Virus record (IMG/VR): IMGVR_UViG_3300042867_000770
Length of the DNA: 64,000 bases
Reading direction: 5' to 3' (one strand)
DNA from: an uncultured virus (IMG/VR IMGVR_UViG_3300042867_000770)
Lineage: Duplodnaviria > Heunggongvirae > Uroviricota > Caudoviricetes
Part shown: one piece after another, positions 40,431 to 49,424 of the stretch
Layout of the letters: each line of letters starts with the position of its first letter
Position numbering within the stretch: the first letter of the stretch is position 1
Position numbers and translations under genes: made by a program
Notes under the pieces: model-generated
What the model saw: only the letters and a program-made list of their open reading frames with translations
What the model was told of the DNA's origin: nothing
Databases searched by the model: none

Positions 40431-41353
40431 GTTTTTTTGACATACATTTTGATAAAACAAATTTCACAGTTTATTTTAACTATAAATTGGAAAGTGTGTC
40501 AAAGTATATATTCACTGTTGGTGACTTGTATACGGATGCTGTTTATTATGCTTGGACATATGATATAGAATCTGGTTCAAATTTGTGGATGCAACCATTG
40601 TCCCCAAAAATACATTCATTTGTTATAAACAATCCAAATTTTCCTGGATTTGTTGCAAAAATATATAACAAAGATTTTAGACTGGTTCAATATAAAAACA
40701 TTATTGTAAACAAAAATGCAAAACGGGTTGTCAGTACATTTCATTCAGATCCATTTGATCCCACGGGACCATCCTACGCAGATTTCTTCTATGGGGATTT
40801 GTGCAAAGATATAGACGTTTCTGGAACAGTTGTTGATGCTGGTGCCAATGTTGGTTTTTTTACTTTATATGCCAAACATTTTGGAGCAAGAAAGATATAC
40901 AGTATAGATCCAGATCCTTTACCATTCTTTTATTTGGAAAAGAACTTTGGTCAAGATGCAAGCATAACGCTGCTCAACAAAGCTATGAATGTTTCGGACG
41001 ATGGTATGGACATAAACATATCACTTGGAGCATCGGTTGGTACAAGCGAGTTTTTGAGGTTTTTGAATATAGAAAATTCTGTAAAAATGCATGTACCAAC
41101 AACATGCGTAGATTCTATATTAAGTATGGAAGACAATATAAATTTGCTAAAGCTTGACATCGAAGGAACTGAATTTAAAGTAATTGAAAATTTAAACCAA
41201 AAACATTTTGATAGAATAAATCAATTCTTCATTGAGTTTCACTTTGATCCAAAGCCAATAGCCAAAAAACTCATAGATAATGGATATAAAGTAGAATATA
41301 GACATTGTACAGAAAATGATATAGTGGGATTCATATACGCGACAAAATTATGA
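40427..41353 (+). CDS. FkbM family methyltransferase with N-terminal accessory domain
   Basis: VVDAGANVGFF, LKLDIEGTE and IEFH. Confidence 0.85.
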   Translation: MSFFDIHFDKTNFTVYFNYKLESVSKYIFTVGDLYTDAVYYAWTYDIESGSNLWMQPLSPKIHSFVINNPNFPGFVAKIYNKDFRLVQYKNIIVNKNAKRVVSTFHSDPFDPTGPSYADFFYGDLCKDIDVSGTVVDAGANVGFFTLYAKHFGARKIYSIDPDPLPFFYLEKNFGQDASITLLNKAMNVSDDGMDINISLGASVGTSEFLRFLNIENSVKMHVPTTCVDSILSMEDNINLLKLDIEGTEFKVIENLNQKHFDRINQFFIEFHFDPKPIAKKLIDNGYKVEYRHCTENDIVGFIYATKL

Positions 41354-42306
41354 AAAAATGCGTTATTATATCATGCTTTGTGAATAATCAATATCGTAAA
41401 GAATTGTTGCAAAGTCAGATTAAATTTTTTAACAAACTCAATATTGATGTAATATTGGTTTCATCCAACCACATTGAAAAAATGGATAATGTTAAAAATT
41501 ACATCACAATAAACCACGTGTCTGATAAAAAATATTTAACTGATAAAATTTTTCCGTATTGTGATACAGGTGGAGTCGCATACTTTACAAACACGACATA
41601 CAGCAATATAGCGGCATCAAATTTTTTTATAAAATTGTTCCAGACCTCTTTCAATTATTGTAAAAACTTGGGATATGATTTTTGTTATGTCCTCGACTTT
41701 GATACTATAATAAACTCAATTCATGTTGAAACCGCGTTTGGTGATCAGTTGGATTGTTCCAAAATTTACTTTTATGATTTACAAAAATCAAATGAATATC
41801 AATGTGTGTTTTTTTATGGCAATTTGAATGTACTGGTTGATATGTTTTTAGAAAACAACCTCAATAAAATAGAAAAACTTGCGACGGAAGTAATGATAAT
41901 GACAAACGAACAGGTATTATTTGAATTGGCGGCAGAATATAAAGAGAATATGATTGTTTTAAAACACACAGACTTTGAGATATTTTCTCGTAGAAATATG
42001 TTTTCCAGTAGCAATGTTGCAAATTTTTATTATGATAAAGAAACTAAAGAATATTGGTTCTTGCAATACAAAGGAGACACTTGTGAGAATGAATTTGCAT
42101 GTGAATTATTTTTAGAAGACGTTTTGATACATTCCGGTCACGAAACACGCATTGGTTATTGGAGCTTGCGTAAATTAGAAAATAATAGAAATTATAAAAT
42201 AAAATATTATGATGCTGCAATATCCGACTTGACATTGAGTAAAACTTTAAATATATACACTGATACAAATACAGTGACTACACAAAATTGGATACAAAGA
42301 ACTTAA
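41350..42306 (+). CDS. Hypothetical protein, possibly glycosyltransferase-like
   Basis: DVILVSS and YVLDFDT; lies inside the GT operon. Confidence 0.5.
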   Translation: MKKCVIISCFVNNQYRKELLQSQIKFFNKLNIDVILVSSNHIEKMDNVKNYITINHVSDKKYLTDKIFPYCDTGGVAYFTNTTYSNIAASNFFIKLFQTSFNYCKNLGYDFCYVLDFDTIINSIHVETAFGDQLDCSKIYFYDLQKSNEYQCVFFYGNLNVLVDMFLENNLNKIEKLATEVMIMTNEQVLFELAAEYKENMIVLKHTDFEIFSRRNMFSSSNVANFYYDKETKEYWFLQYKGDTCENEFACELFLEDVLIHSGHETRIGYWSLRKLENNRNYKIKYYDAAISDLTLSKTLNIYTDTNTVTTQNWIQRT

Positions 42307-42307
42307 A

Positions 42308-44443
42308 ATGAAAATAATCAATATCACGCCGGGACTTATATCAATTCCACCAAATGGGTGGGGTGCAATCGAAAAAATTATTTGGGATTATCATCTTGAA
42401 TTGAACAAGTTGAACATCCGAAATGAGATAAAATATCTCAACGATGTTAAATATGATGAAAGTATGGTTGTGCATGTGCATGTAGCCAATCTTGCCAACA
42501 TGCTACATGAACGTGGCATTCCATATATTTTTACAATTCATGATCATCATGCTTTTTTATATGGTAAAGATTCTCATGTATATAAAGAAAATTTGAACGC
42601 AATTGAAAATAGTGTATTTTCATTGTCGCCGTGTAAGTTTTTGATACCATATTTTGGCAGCAAAAAGTTGCGTTACTTTTCTCACGCCGTCAATACAGAT
42701 GTCTTTGCCCACAAAGCAAGAGAGATGAACAGCAATCCAAAGTTATTGTGCGTAGCCAACAATGGATATGCCAACGACCAAAGCAAAGACCGTAAAGGGT
42801 TTGCTATTGCAATTCAAGCAGCCAAGAGCTTGGGATTGCCATTGACGATTGCTGGTCCACGCAACAATGACAATTTCTTCAAGACGCTTGATCATGAACT
42901 CAATAACTATAAACAACTAACCAAGTTATATGACTTGGACGAAAAGTCGCTCATTGATTTGTATAACAGTCATGATATATTTTTACACTTCTCTGAACTG
43001 GAGGCTGGTCATCCAAACCTCACATTGTTGGAAGCAATGGCATGTGGTTTGCCAGTGGCTGGTACGTTTGAAGAAAAAAAATACAAAGGCATGGTTGTTA
43101 CTTCGCGTGACATATCCGAAGCAATTCGTGGTATTGAAGATGTGAGATTAAATTATACATTATATAAAAATGCTGCATTGGAGAATGCCAAAGAAAATTC
43201 ATACAGCAATAGAGTACATGATTTGGCCAAACTATACAGCGAATATCGTGAATGTATTTTTGGTAATCAATTGATTGACAGCTACAAAAACACAGATGTG
43301 GTATACAAAGAGCCAAAGAAACCAGAAAATAGAATCAAAATAACTTTTGATGATGGTGCCAAAGTAGATATACCCGGTCCAGTTGATAAGAATTATAAAC
43401 TAAAGTTCATTGATTTTCATACAGGTCATGTTGTATATGAAACAAAAATTAAAAATAATATGTGGGCATCAACTTCCACAAAGTATTTCAACAAGTGGGT
43501 GGTTGAAGTATATGACACATCGGATGGATATGATGTGTTGGTAGAAAAACACACATTTGATCCAAAAAATAAAAAAGTTAAAGTTGTATTAGACAGTGAA
43601 AGTTTAGGAGATTTGTTGGCGTGGATTGGTGCTGTTGATGAGTTTCAAAAGAAACATCAATGTATAATGGAATGTGCAGTGTTTAACAAAGTACTACGTC
43701 CAATGTTTGAGAAGAATTATCCAAATATAAAATTCTTGGCAGTGGACGTGTATACAGATCCATATTATGCCAAATATAAGATTGGATGTTTTGATGGAGA
43801 AAATACCAAGAATCATATTCCAACCGACCCAAGATTGCTCAATCTATGTTCTATTGCCACAACCATCTTGGGCTTGACAAACATAGAATACAAACCAAAG
43901 ATTACTTTTGATACCAACAAGTATAAAAATGTAAAGAAGAAATATGTGTGTATTGCTACTCAAAGTACTTGCCAAGCAAAGTATTGGAACAATAAAACTG
44001 GATGGAAGACCGTAGTGGATTATCTAAAGAGCAATGGATATGAAGTATGGTGTATTGACCGACACAATAGTTTTGGCGTAGACAAAAGTATGAATTATAT
44101 GCCAGAGGGCTGTGTAGATAAAACTGGCGACTTTACACTGGACGAACGCATGGCTCAAATAGCAGGAGCACAGTTCTTTATTGGACTAAGTTCTGGTTTG
44201 AGTTGGTTGGCATGGGCAGTGGGCAAGCCCGTGGTGTTGATCAGTGGATTTACCAAGAGTCTGTGCGAGTTCCATACTGCATACAGAGTGATAAATGAGA
44301 GCGTATGCAATGGTTGTTGGAACGATATGTCCTGCAAGTTTGATCGCAATGATTGGTTTTGGTGCCCAAGGAACAAAAACTTTGAATGTTCCAAGGAAAT
44401 ATCCGCCGACATGGTATTGAAACAAGTCAAAAAATTGATATAA
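42308..44443 (+). CDS. GT4 glycosyltransferase fused to TibC/Aah-like protein O-heptosyltransferase
   Basis: GWGAIEK, RKG and EAGHPNLTLLEAMACG (GT4); SLGDLLAW, QSTCQAKYWNN, FIGLSSGLSWLAW and CNGCWND..CPR..FEC (Cys metal finger). Confidence 0.85.
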   Translation: MKIINITPGLISIPPNGWGAIEKIIWDYHLELNKLNIRNEIKYLNDVKYDESMVVHVHVANLANMLHERGIPYIFTIHDHHAFLYGKDSHVYKENLNAIENSVFSLSPCKFLIPYFGSKKLRYFSHAVNTDVFAHKAREMNSNPKLLCVANNGYANDQSKDRKGFAIAIQAAKSLGLPLTIAGPRNNDNFFKTLDHELNNYKQLTKLYDLDEKSLIDLYNSHDIFLHFSELEAGHPNLTLLEAMACGLPVAGTFEEKKYKGMVVTSRDISEAIRGIEDVRLNYTLYKNAALENAKENSYSNRVHDLAKLYSEYRECIFGNQLIDSYKNTDVVYKEPKKPENRIKITFDDGAKVDIPGPVDKNYKLKFIDFHTGHVVYETKIKNNMWASTSTKYFNKWVVEVYDTSDGYDVLVEKHTFDPKNKKVKVVLDSESLGDLLAWIGAVDEFQKKHQCIMECAVFNKVLRPMFEKNYPNIKFLAVDVYTDPYYAKYKIGCFDGENTKNHIPTDPRLLNLCSIATTILGLTNIEYKPKITFDTNKYKNVKKKYVCIATQSTCQAKYWNNKTGWKTVVDYLKSNGYEVWCIDRHNSFGVDKSMNYMPEGCVDKTGDFTLDERMAQIAGAQFFIGLSSGLSWLAWAVGKPVVLISGFTKSLCEFHTAYRVINESVCNGCWNDMSCKFDRNDWFWCPRNKNFECSKEISADMVLKQVKKLI

Positions 44444-44469
44444 TAAACCGGTCGTATATACTTATAGGC

Positions 44470-47400
44470 ATGGACATTTCTATAAAAAACCTAAAAAAGT
44501 ATATTTTTGAACCAAAAACAGAGTCACTGCGTCTAAAAAGAGCCAATGAAATACTAAGTCAGAACATGGTCATCACCGAAAAGGTGGACGGAACAAAACT
44601 AACATTAGTACGTACACAGCAAGTTGATAAAGCAGATTATACCAAGAATTGGGTTGTGGCATACAAAGGAACTGTGTTGTACGCCAAAGAGTTTGCTCAT
44701 TTGAATGATAAAGAAAAGGGTGATATATCCCAATCTTCTGTTGGCATTGGTCAATATTCCATGATATTTGATCATTTGTCCAAGATAAACAATAAGATTA
44801 ACAGCATTCCAAAGAGCACTGAGTTTAGTGTTGAGTTTGCTCAAAACAAAGACACATTAACTCGTACATATGTCAACAAGGGTGGCTTGTTCTTGAGAAG
44901 TTATGGTGAAGTGCAGTATCGTGTGGTTGGCGGAGATTTGCATACCATTCCGAAACAAGAAATAACAGACTACAAATCTGTGAACAAGATGGCAGACTTG
45001 TTGGAAATATCATCATTTCCCATCTTCTTTCAAGGAAAACTCAGCAAGGAAAATCTGCTGAAGAATCCTTTGTTTGGATCAAAACTAACAAATGTTGATT
45101 GGACCAATCCGACTGATGTTGTAACAAAATTTTCGGAGGCTATTCTGGCTGTTCCATCTACATTGGGTGGCACAACAGAAGGTGTGGTAATGAAGCTTGA
45201 TAATGGAGAGTTCTTTAAGTTGGTGCAAGCCGATCAATATGATGCCGGAGTTCGTGGTGCAAAGAAGGACGCATATAAACTTGAACCAGAAGCCGCTTCA
45301 GCATACTTTCAACAAATCAGATCATTGATTCAAAATATTTTTGCTGCAATTGGTACTGAAGGAAAATCCGAAGAAGATGTTATTTCAGATTCAAATTTTT
45401 ATGTTGCTAAGAATCAACCAAAGTTAAAAAAGTTCTTTGATGCTCTACAACAGATTGCTGGCGACAAAAAGAACATTGTTCAAATCAAAGATGATATTCA
45501 TGATACAATTCGTTTGATGACATCCAAACAAGGTTTGTTGGGATCAACCAATAAAACTCTTGGTCTTATTCCAATTGCTGGCAAGCCATTGCACATTGGT
45601 CACTGGAAGCTTATTGAAAAAGCAGCCAATGAAAATGATCGAGTCATTGTTTATACATCATCTTCCGACAGAATAAAGAAGGGTGAGTTTCCTATAAAGG
45701 GCGATGACTTTGTGAAACTATGGAGTGATGTGTTTATTCCATCTTTGCCAAAAAATGTAAAAGTAAAGTTTGTTGATTCTCCAGTTCGAGCTATTATGCA
45801 TGAACTTGCATGGTTGGAACAAAGATTGACTCAAGACGCCGCAGATATGCCAACCATAAATTTGTATTCTGACAAAGATGATGTTGAAATAAACTTCAAA
45901 GACGAAGATTTAAAAAAATACCCAGAGTTGTTGGCTGCTAATAAAATTAAAAAAATTGGTGTTGAAAGAACTACCACAGTGAATGTAAGTGGCACAAAAA
46001 TGCGTGAATTTTTAATGAACAATGATAAAGAATCATTCTTGAAAAATCTTCCACCGGTCGGCAACAAAGATAAAGAAGAAATTTGGAATACTCTCATAGC
46101 AAACAAGCCAGAGCCGGTATCAGAAGTTAATCCATATATAAACTTTGCTGAGGAAGTCGTAAATGAAATGGAAAAAGAAATGTTTAATGAAGGTGGTTGG
46201 AGATCTACTGCTACACAATCAACTATTATAACTCCAAAAAAAGTATCAAATATTTTGAGTGCAATGGATAAATTTGTATCAGAATTTAATGCATATTCAA
46301 ATCTTCCTCCGATAGAATCCAATGGACCAGTAGGTTCAGCAATGTATTATAAACAAGATTTGGAAAAAGATGGTATAGAATATGGTGATATAGATATTCA
46401 AATTATATTACCAGAAGAAACCAATGATAGAACATCACAACTAGCATCTAATAAAAAATATTCAGAAAAGATTATTCAATTTATTCAAGAAAAAAAACCA
46501 AGTTATATCTATCCAAATTTTCAAGATAAAGACTTTGGCACAGGATATTTAATATTCAACGTTGGTGGTGAAAAAATTCAAGTTGATTTGGTTTTGTCAT
46601 ATAAAGTATCATCGGACTGGACAAAAATTAGAACAACTCCAGAAAAAGGACTAAAAGGATTTGTTACTGGAAATCTATTGAGTGCATTATCCGATGCTCT
46701 TAATGTTGTGTTGGGATCAAATACCAATCCGTATGTAAATACTGTGGATGGTAGTGTTGCTTCGTCGCTAATAAAAACAAACTCAAAGCATGTGTTCTTT
46801 AATCCAAATCAAGTATTTTTGGATATATTAAAGTTCTATGGCAATCTTGCAGGTGTTTCAAAAGTAAATTCATCAGTATTACAAGGCTATTATGGATTGG
46901 ATGCAAATGATCCATCATTAAAGAAAAAATGCGAAACCGTGGTTGCTTTGAGTAAAGCACTTGATAATAATAGAGCATTTGATAAAGGAGTTGTTGTATC
47001 AAAGAATGGAACAATATTTAAATCCAGAGAAGAATTTGTAAAATATGTGCTGGATACATTCATAAAAAATATGAAATCAGCAAGCACTGCAAAAAAATTA
47101 GAAAAAGCAGAAACACCAGAAGCTATGAAAAATATTGAAAAAATAAAACACGACGCAAATCTTGGTATAGAACTAGCCAGGCAACTAATCAGAGAAGCAG
47201 TTGCATCATTAAATGAATCTGGTCAATCTGTTGCTGCTGTAGATGACAAAACGTCAAAGACCGTGAATGGTCAGCCAGCCCAAGCCACCACCAAACTTAA
47301 GATTATTGATCCACAAGGTAAAGACATTCGTTCTTCTGTATCCGCCGATGTAAAAGAACTTGTTTATGCACTAAATAGTAAGGTAGGTTTTTGGAAGAAA

Positions 47401-48390
47401 AATAATCCGTATATTGAAAATGGTTTTGTGTTCAACGGTAGTTCTCAATATCTAATGAGCGGCGATGAAAAATATAAAGATTTGTCCAAATATAAATCTG
47501 GATTCGGTGATGTTGATGTGATTGTTCCAAAAGAAAAGTTGGACACAATGGAAGCATACTTAGATAGCATTGATGACAAGCAAGTTGAATGGAATGCAAC
47601 ACCAAAAAATAAAGTAAGCAAGAATTTTTATTATGTTGGTCGTACAAAAAATCAACGTGCTTTGGCAGGTCAGACAGTCACATTGTGGTATTATGCTCCA
47701 GTAAAACAAGTAGTACAAATTGACTTTGAAGGAGATGAAATGACACTTGATCCACAGGGATTTGAAAAACCATCTGAATGGAACAAGTTTATCAAAGATT
47801 CTCCATGGCAAGATTTGACCACAGGAATCAAAGGATTGGCAGGAGCTATTTTGTTGCGTGGTCTGACACGAGCAGCAACCGCACTGCCAAATGCAGTATA
47901 TGTCACCAACTCAACCGCACTCAAGATACAATCTGGTCAGCTGAAGAGTTTGGTTGATACCAAAGGCAAGAGTGTTGTATCAGTCAATGTTACACACGCT
48001 CTACCGGCAGAATATACACTCAATACAAGCGGTTCTGGTCATGCTGGTGTTCGCAGAGCATACCGACTGGTGGCTAAGAATATGGACTATCAAGGTAAAA
48101 AAGTAGATGTTTATACCGACATTGCTGCCAGCGAAAGCAAACCAGAAGATCGTATCAACAGCGTAAATAAAGTATTTGAACTAATTTTTAAACGCAAGCC
48201 AAGTGGTCAAGATATTGAAAACTTTAGAAGTTATGTTGGATTACTGACACTCATGAAGACTCTACCAAAAGATGTTCAAATAAAAGCACTGGAAAGAGCC
48301 AAGGAAGGTTTGGCTCAAGCAGGTTTGGAACCAGCAGAATATGCTCCAATCCAAAAAGCGGCTAAAACTATATTGGGAATATCCATATAA
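44470..48390 (+). CDS. Multidomain protein: RNA/DNA ligase-like, HIGH-type nucleotidyltransferase and two Pol-beta-like nucleotidyltransferase domains
   Basis: TEKVDGT and EGVV; KPLHIGH and SGTKMR; VGS..YGDIDI; NGSS..FGDVDV. Start placed at the ATG after the ATACTTAT box. Confidence 0.7.
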   Translation: MDISIKNLKKYIFEPKTESLRLKRANEILSQNMVITEKVDGTKLTLVRTQQVDKADYTKNWVVAYKGTVLYAKEFAHLNDKEKGDISQSSVGIGQYSMIFDHLSKINNKINSIPKSTEFSVEFAQNKDTLTRTYVNKGGLFLRSYGEVQYRVVGGDLHTIPKQEITDYKSVNKMADLLEISSFPIFFQGKLSKENLLKNPLFGSKLTNVDWTNPTDVVTKFSEAILAVPSTLGGTTEGVVMKLDNGEFFKLVQADQYDAGVRGAKKDAYKLEPEAASAYFQQIRSLIQNIFAAIGTEGKSEEDVISDSNFYVAKNQPKLKKFFDALQQIAGDKKNIVQIKDDIHDTIRLMTSKQGLLGSTNKTLGLIPIAGKPLHIGHWKLIEKAANENDRVIVYTSSSDRIKKGEFPIKGDDFVKLWSDVFIPSLPKNVKVKFVDSPVRAIMHELAWLEQRLTQDAADMPTINLYSDKDDVEINFKDEDLKKYPELLAANKIKKIGVERTTTVNVSGTKMREFLMNNDKESFLKNLPPVGNKDKEEIWNTLIANKPEPVSEVNPYINFAEEVVNEMEKEMFNEGGWRSTATQSTIITPKKVSNILSAMDKFVSEFNAYSNLPPIESNGPVGSAMYYKQDLEKDGIEYGDIDIQIILPEETNDRTSQLASNKKYSEKIIQFIQEKKPSYIYPNFQDKDFGTGYLIFNVGGEKIQVDLVLSYKVSSDWTKIRTTPEKGLKGFVTGNLLSALSDALNVVLGSNTNPYVNTVDGSVASSLIKTNSKHVFFNPNQVFLDILKFYGNLAGVSKVNSSVLQGYYGLDANDPSLKKKCETVVALSKALDNNRAFDKGVVVSKNGTIFKSREEFVKYVLDTFIKNMKSASTAKKLEKAETPEAMKNIEKIKHDANLGIELARQLIREAVASLNESGQSVAAVDDKTSKTVNGQPAQATTKLKIIDPQGKDIRSSVSADVKELVYALNSKVGFWKKNNPYIENGFVFNGSSQYLMSGDEKYKDLSKYKSGFGDVDVIVPKEKLDTMEAYLDSIDDKQVEWNATPKNKVSKNFYYVGRTKNQRALAGQTVTLWYYAPVKQVVQIDFEGDEMTLDPQGFEKPSEWNKFIKDSPWQDLTTGIKGLAGAILLRGLTRAATALPNAVYVTNSTALKIQSGQLKSLVDTKGKSVVSVNVTHALPAEYTLNTSGSGHAGVRRAYRLVAKNMDYQGKKVDVYTDIAASESKPEDRINSVNKVFELIFKRKPSGQDIENFRSYVGLLTLMKTLPKDVQIKALERAKEGLAQAGLEPAEYAPIQKAAKTILGISI

Positions 48391-48451
48391 TAAATGTTCG
48401 CAAAGAATAAATGAAGCGAGCATTCATATATATACAAAAGGTTATAACATT

Positions 48452-49072
48452 ATGAAAAACACGGATATAATTAAGTCATATTTGGCAGGAGAAAGACCCT
48501 ATGTAAAAATAGGATATACCGGCGATAAGGATAAGTTTATTGTTCGCAAAACAGGTGAACGCTGGACTGATAGTAGCGGAAAAGAGTGGGAACAAAAAGA
48601 ATATGGTCCATCAACAGTGACCAGAGTTTCGGACATCATTCGTATGGAAACCAATGATAAATGCAAATGCTGCGGAACAGAGGTTCGTTGGGGATCAAAG
48701 ATTGATCGCAAAATGCATCTAAAAACCGGTAAATGTTTTGATTGTTTGATTGAAGAAGAAACTCAACTGCGTATCAAAGGTAAGTTTAAGCTATACGAAA
48801 CAAAAAAACTGTTGGAGAATGAATTATCTTATTTGAATGATATAAAGCAAAAGCTAAAAGAAAGCAAAGAATATTTGGCATCAGACGGTTCAAAGAAACT
48901 CACTTATGTCAATTCTAATGGATTTGTTGAAGAGTGGGATAATACTGTGCGTGCTGAATTGACAGTGAGTATAGAAAAAGATTGGAAAACTTGTTTGAAG
49001 AAAATCAAAGAAGGTCAAAAAGAATTAAAGAAAATCAACAATGAAATTGACGCAGTTCTTGCCCCAGTCTGA
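48452..49072 (+). CDS. Hypothetical protein with CxxC..CxxC zinc motif
   Basis: CKCC..KCFDC; AAAGG upstream of ATG 48452. Confidence 0.65.
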   Translation: MKNTDIIKSYLAGERPYVKIGYTGDKDKFIVRKTGERWTDSSGKEWEQKEYGPSTVTRVSDIIRMETNDKCKCCGTEVRWGSKIDRKMHLKTGKCFDCLIEEETQLRIKGKFKLYETKKLLENELSYLNDIKQKLKESKEYLASDGSKKLTYVNSNGFVEEWDNTVRAELTVSIEKDWKTCLKKIKEGQKELKKINNEIDAVLAPV

Positions 49073-49424
49073 TATAATAGAGGGATTGGCTATCAGAGTA
49101 AAGAACAAATACCCAGAAAAAGGTATGTGCGAGTTCATTGCTAAAGATTTGGTCAAAGAACTAAAAAGTCGCGGTATAAATGCCAAACATGTGGAAGGAA
49201 ATTTTACATTGGACGAGCCAGCAGCATATCAATTTATTAGTCCATTGGACGAAATAAATGATGAATATACCATAGACCATGATTGGGTGGAGGTAGAAGG
49301 CGTGATTGTTGATGCATCAGCTTCTCAATTTAAAAAATATGTGTATGATGAAATACCAGACATTGTAATGGTAAATTATACACATCCGTTATATACCAAA
49401 TACGAACCAAAAAATTATGTCTAG
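49041..49424 (+). CDS. Small protein with possible transglutaminase/papain-like Cys-His-Asp triad
   Basis: GMC, HDWVEV and IVDAS..QF spacing. Confidence 0.45.
   Translation: MKLTQFLPQSDIIEGLAIRVKNKYPEKGMCEFIAKDLVKELKSRGINAKHVEGNFTLDEPAAYQFISPLDEINDEYTIDHDWVEVEGVIVDASASQFKKYVYDEIPDIVMVNYTHPLYTKYEPKNYV

Noticed and set aside
44386..44469. Longer ORF-track starts (also 4392, 8739, 48341, 54735, 55354)
   Set aside because: They overlap upstream genes or promoter boxes; downstream ATGs fit gene packing better.
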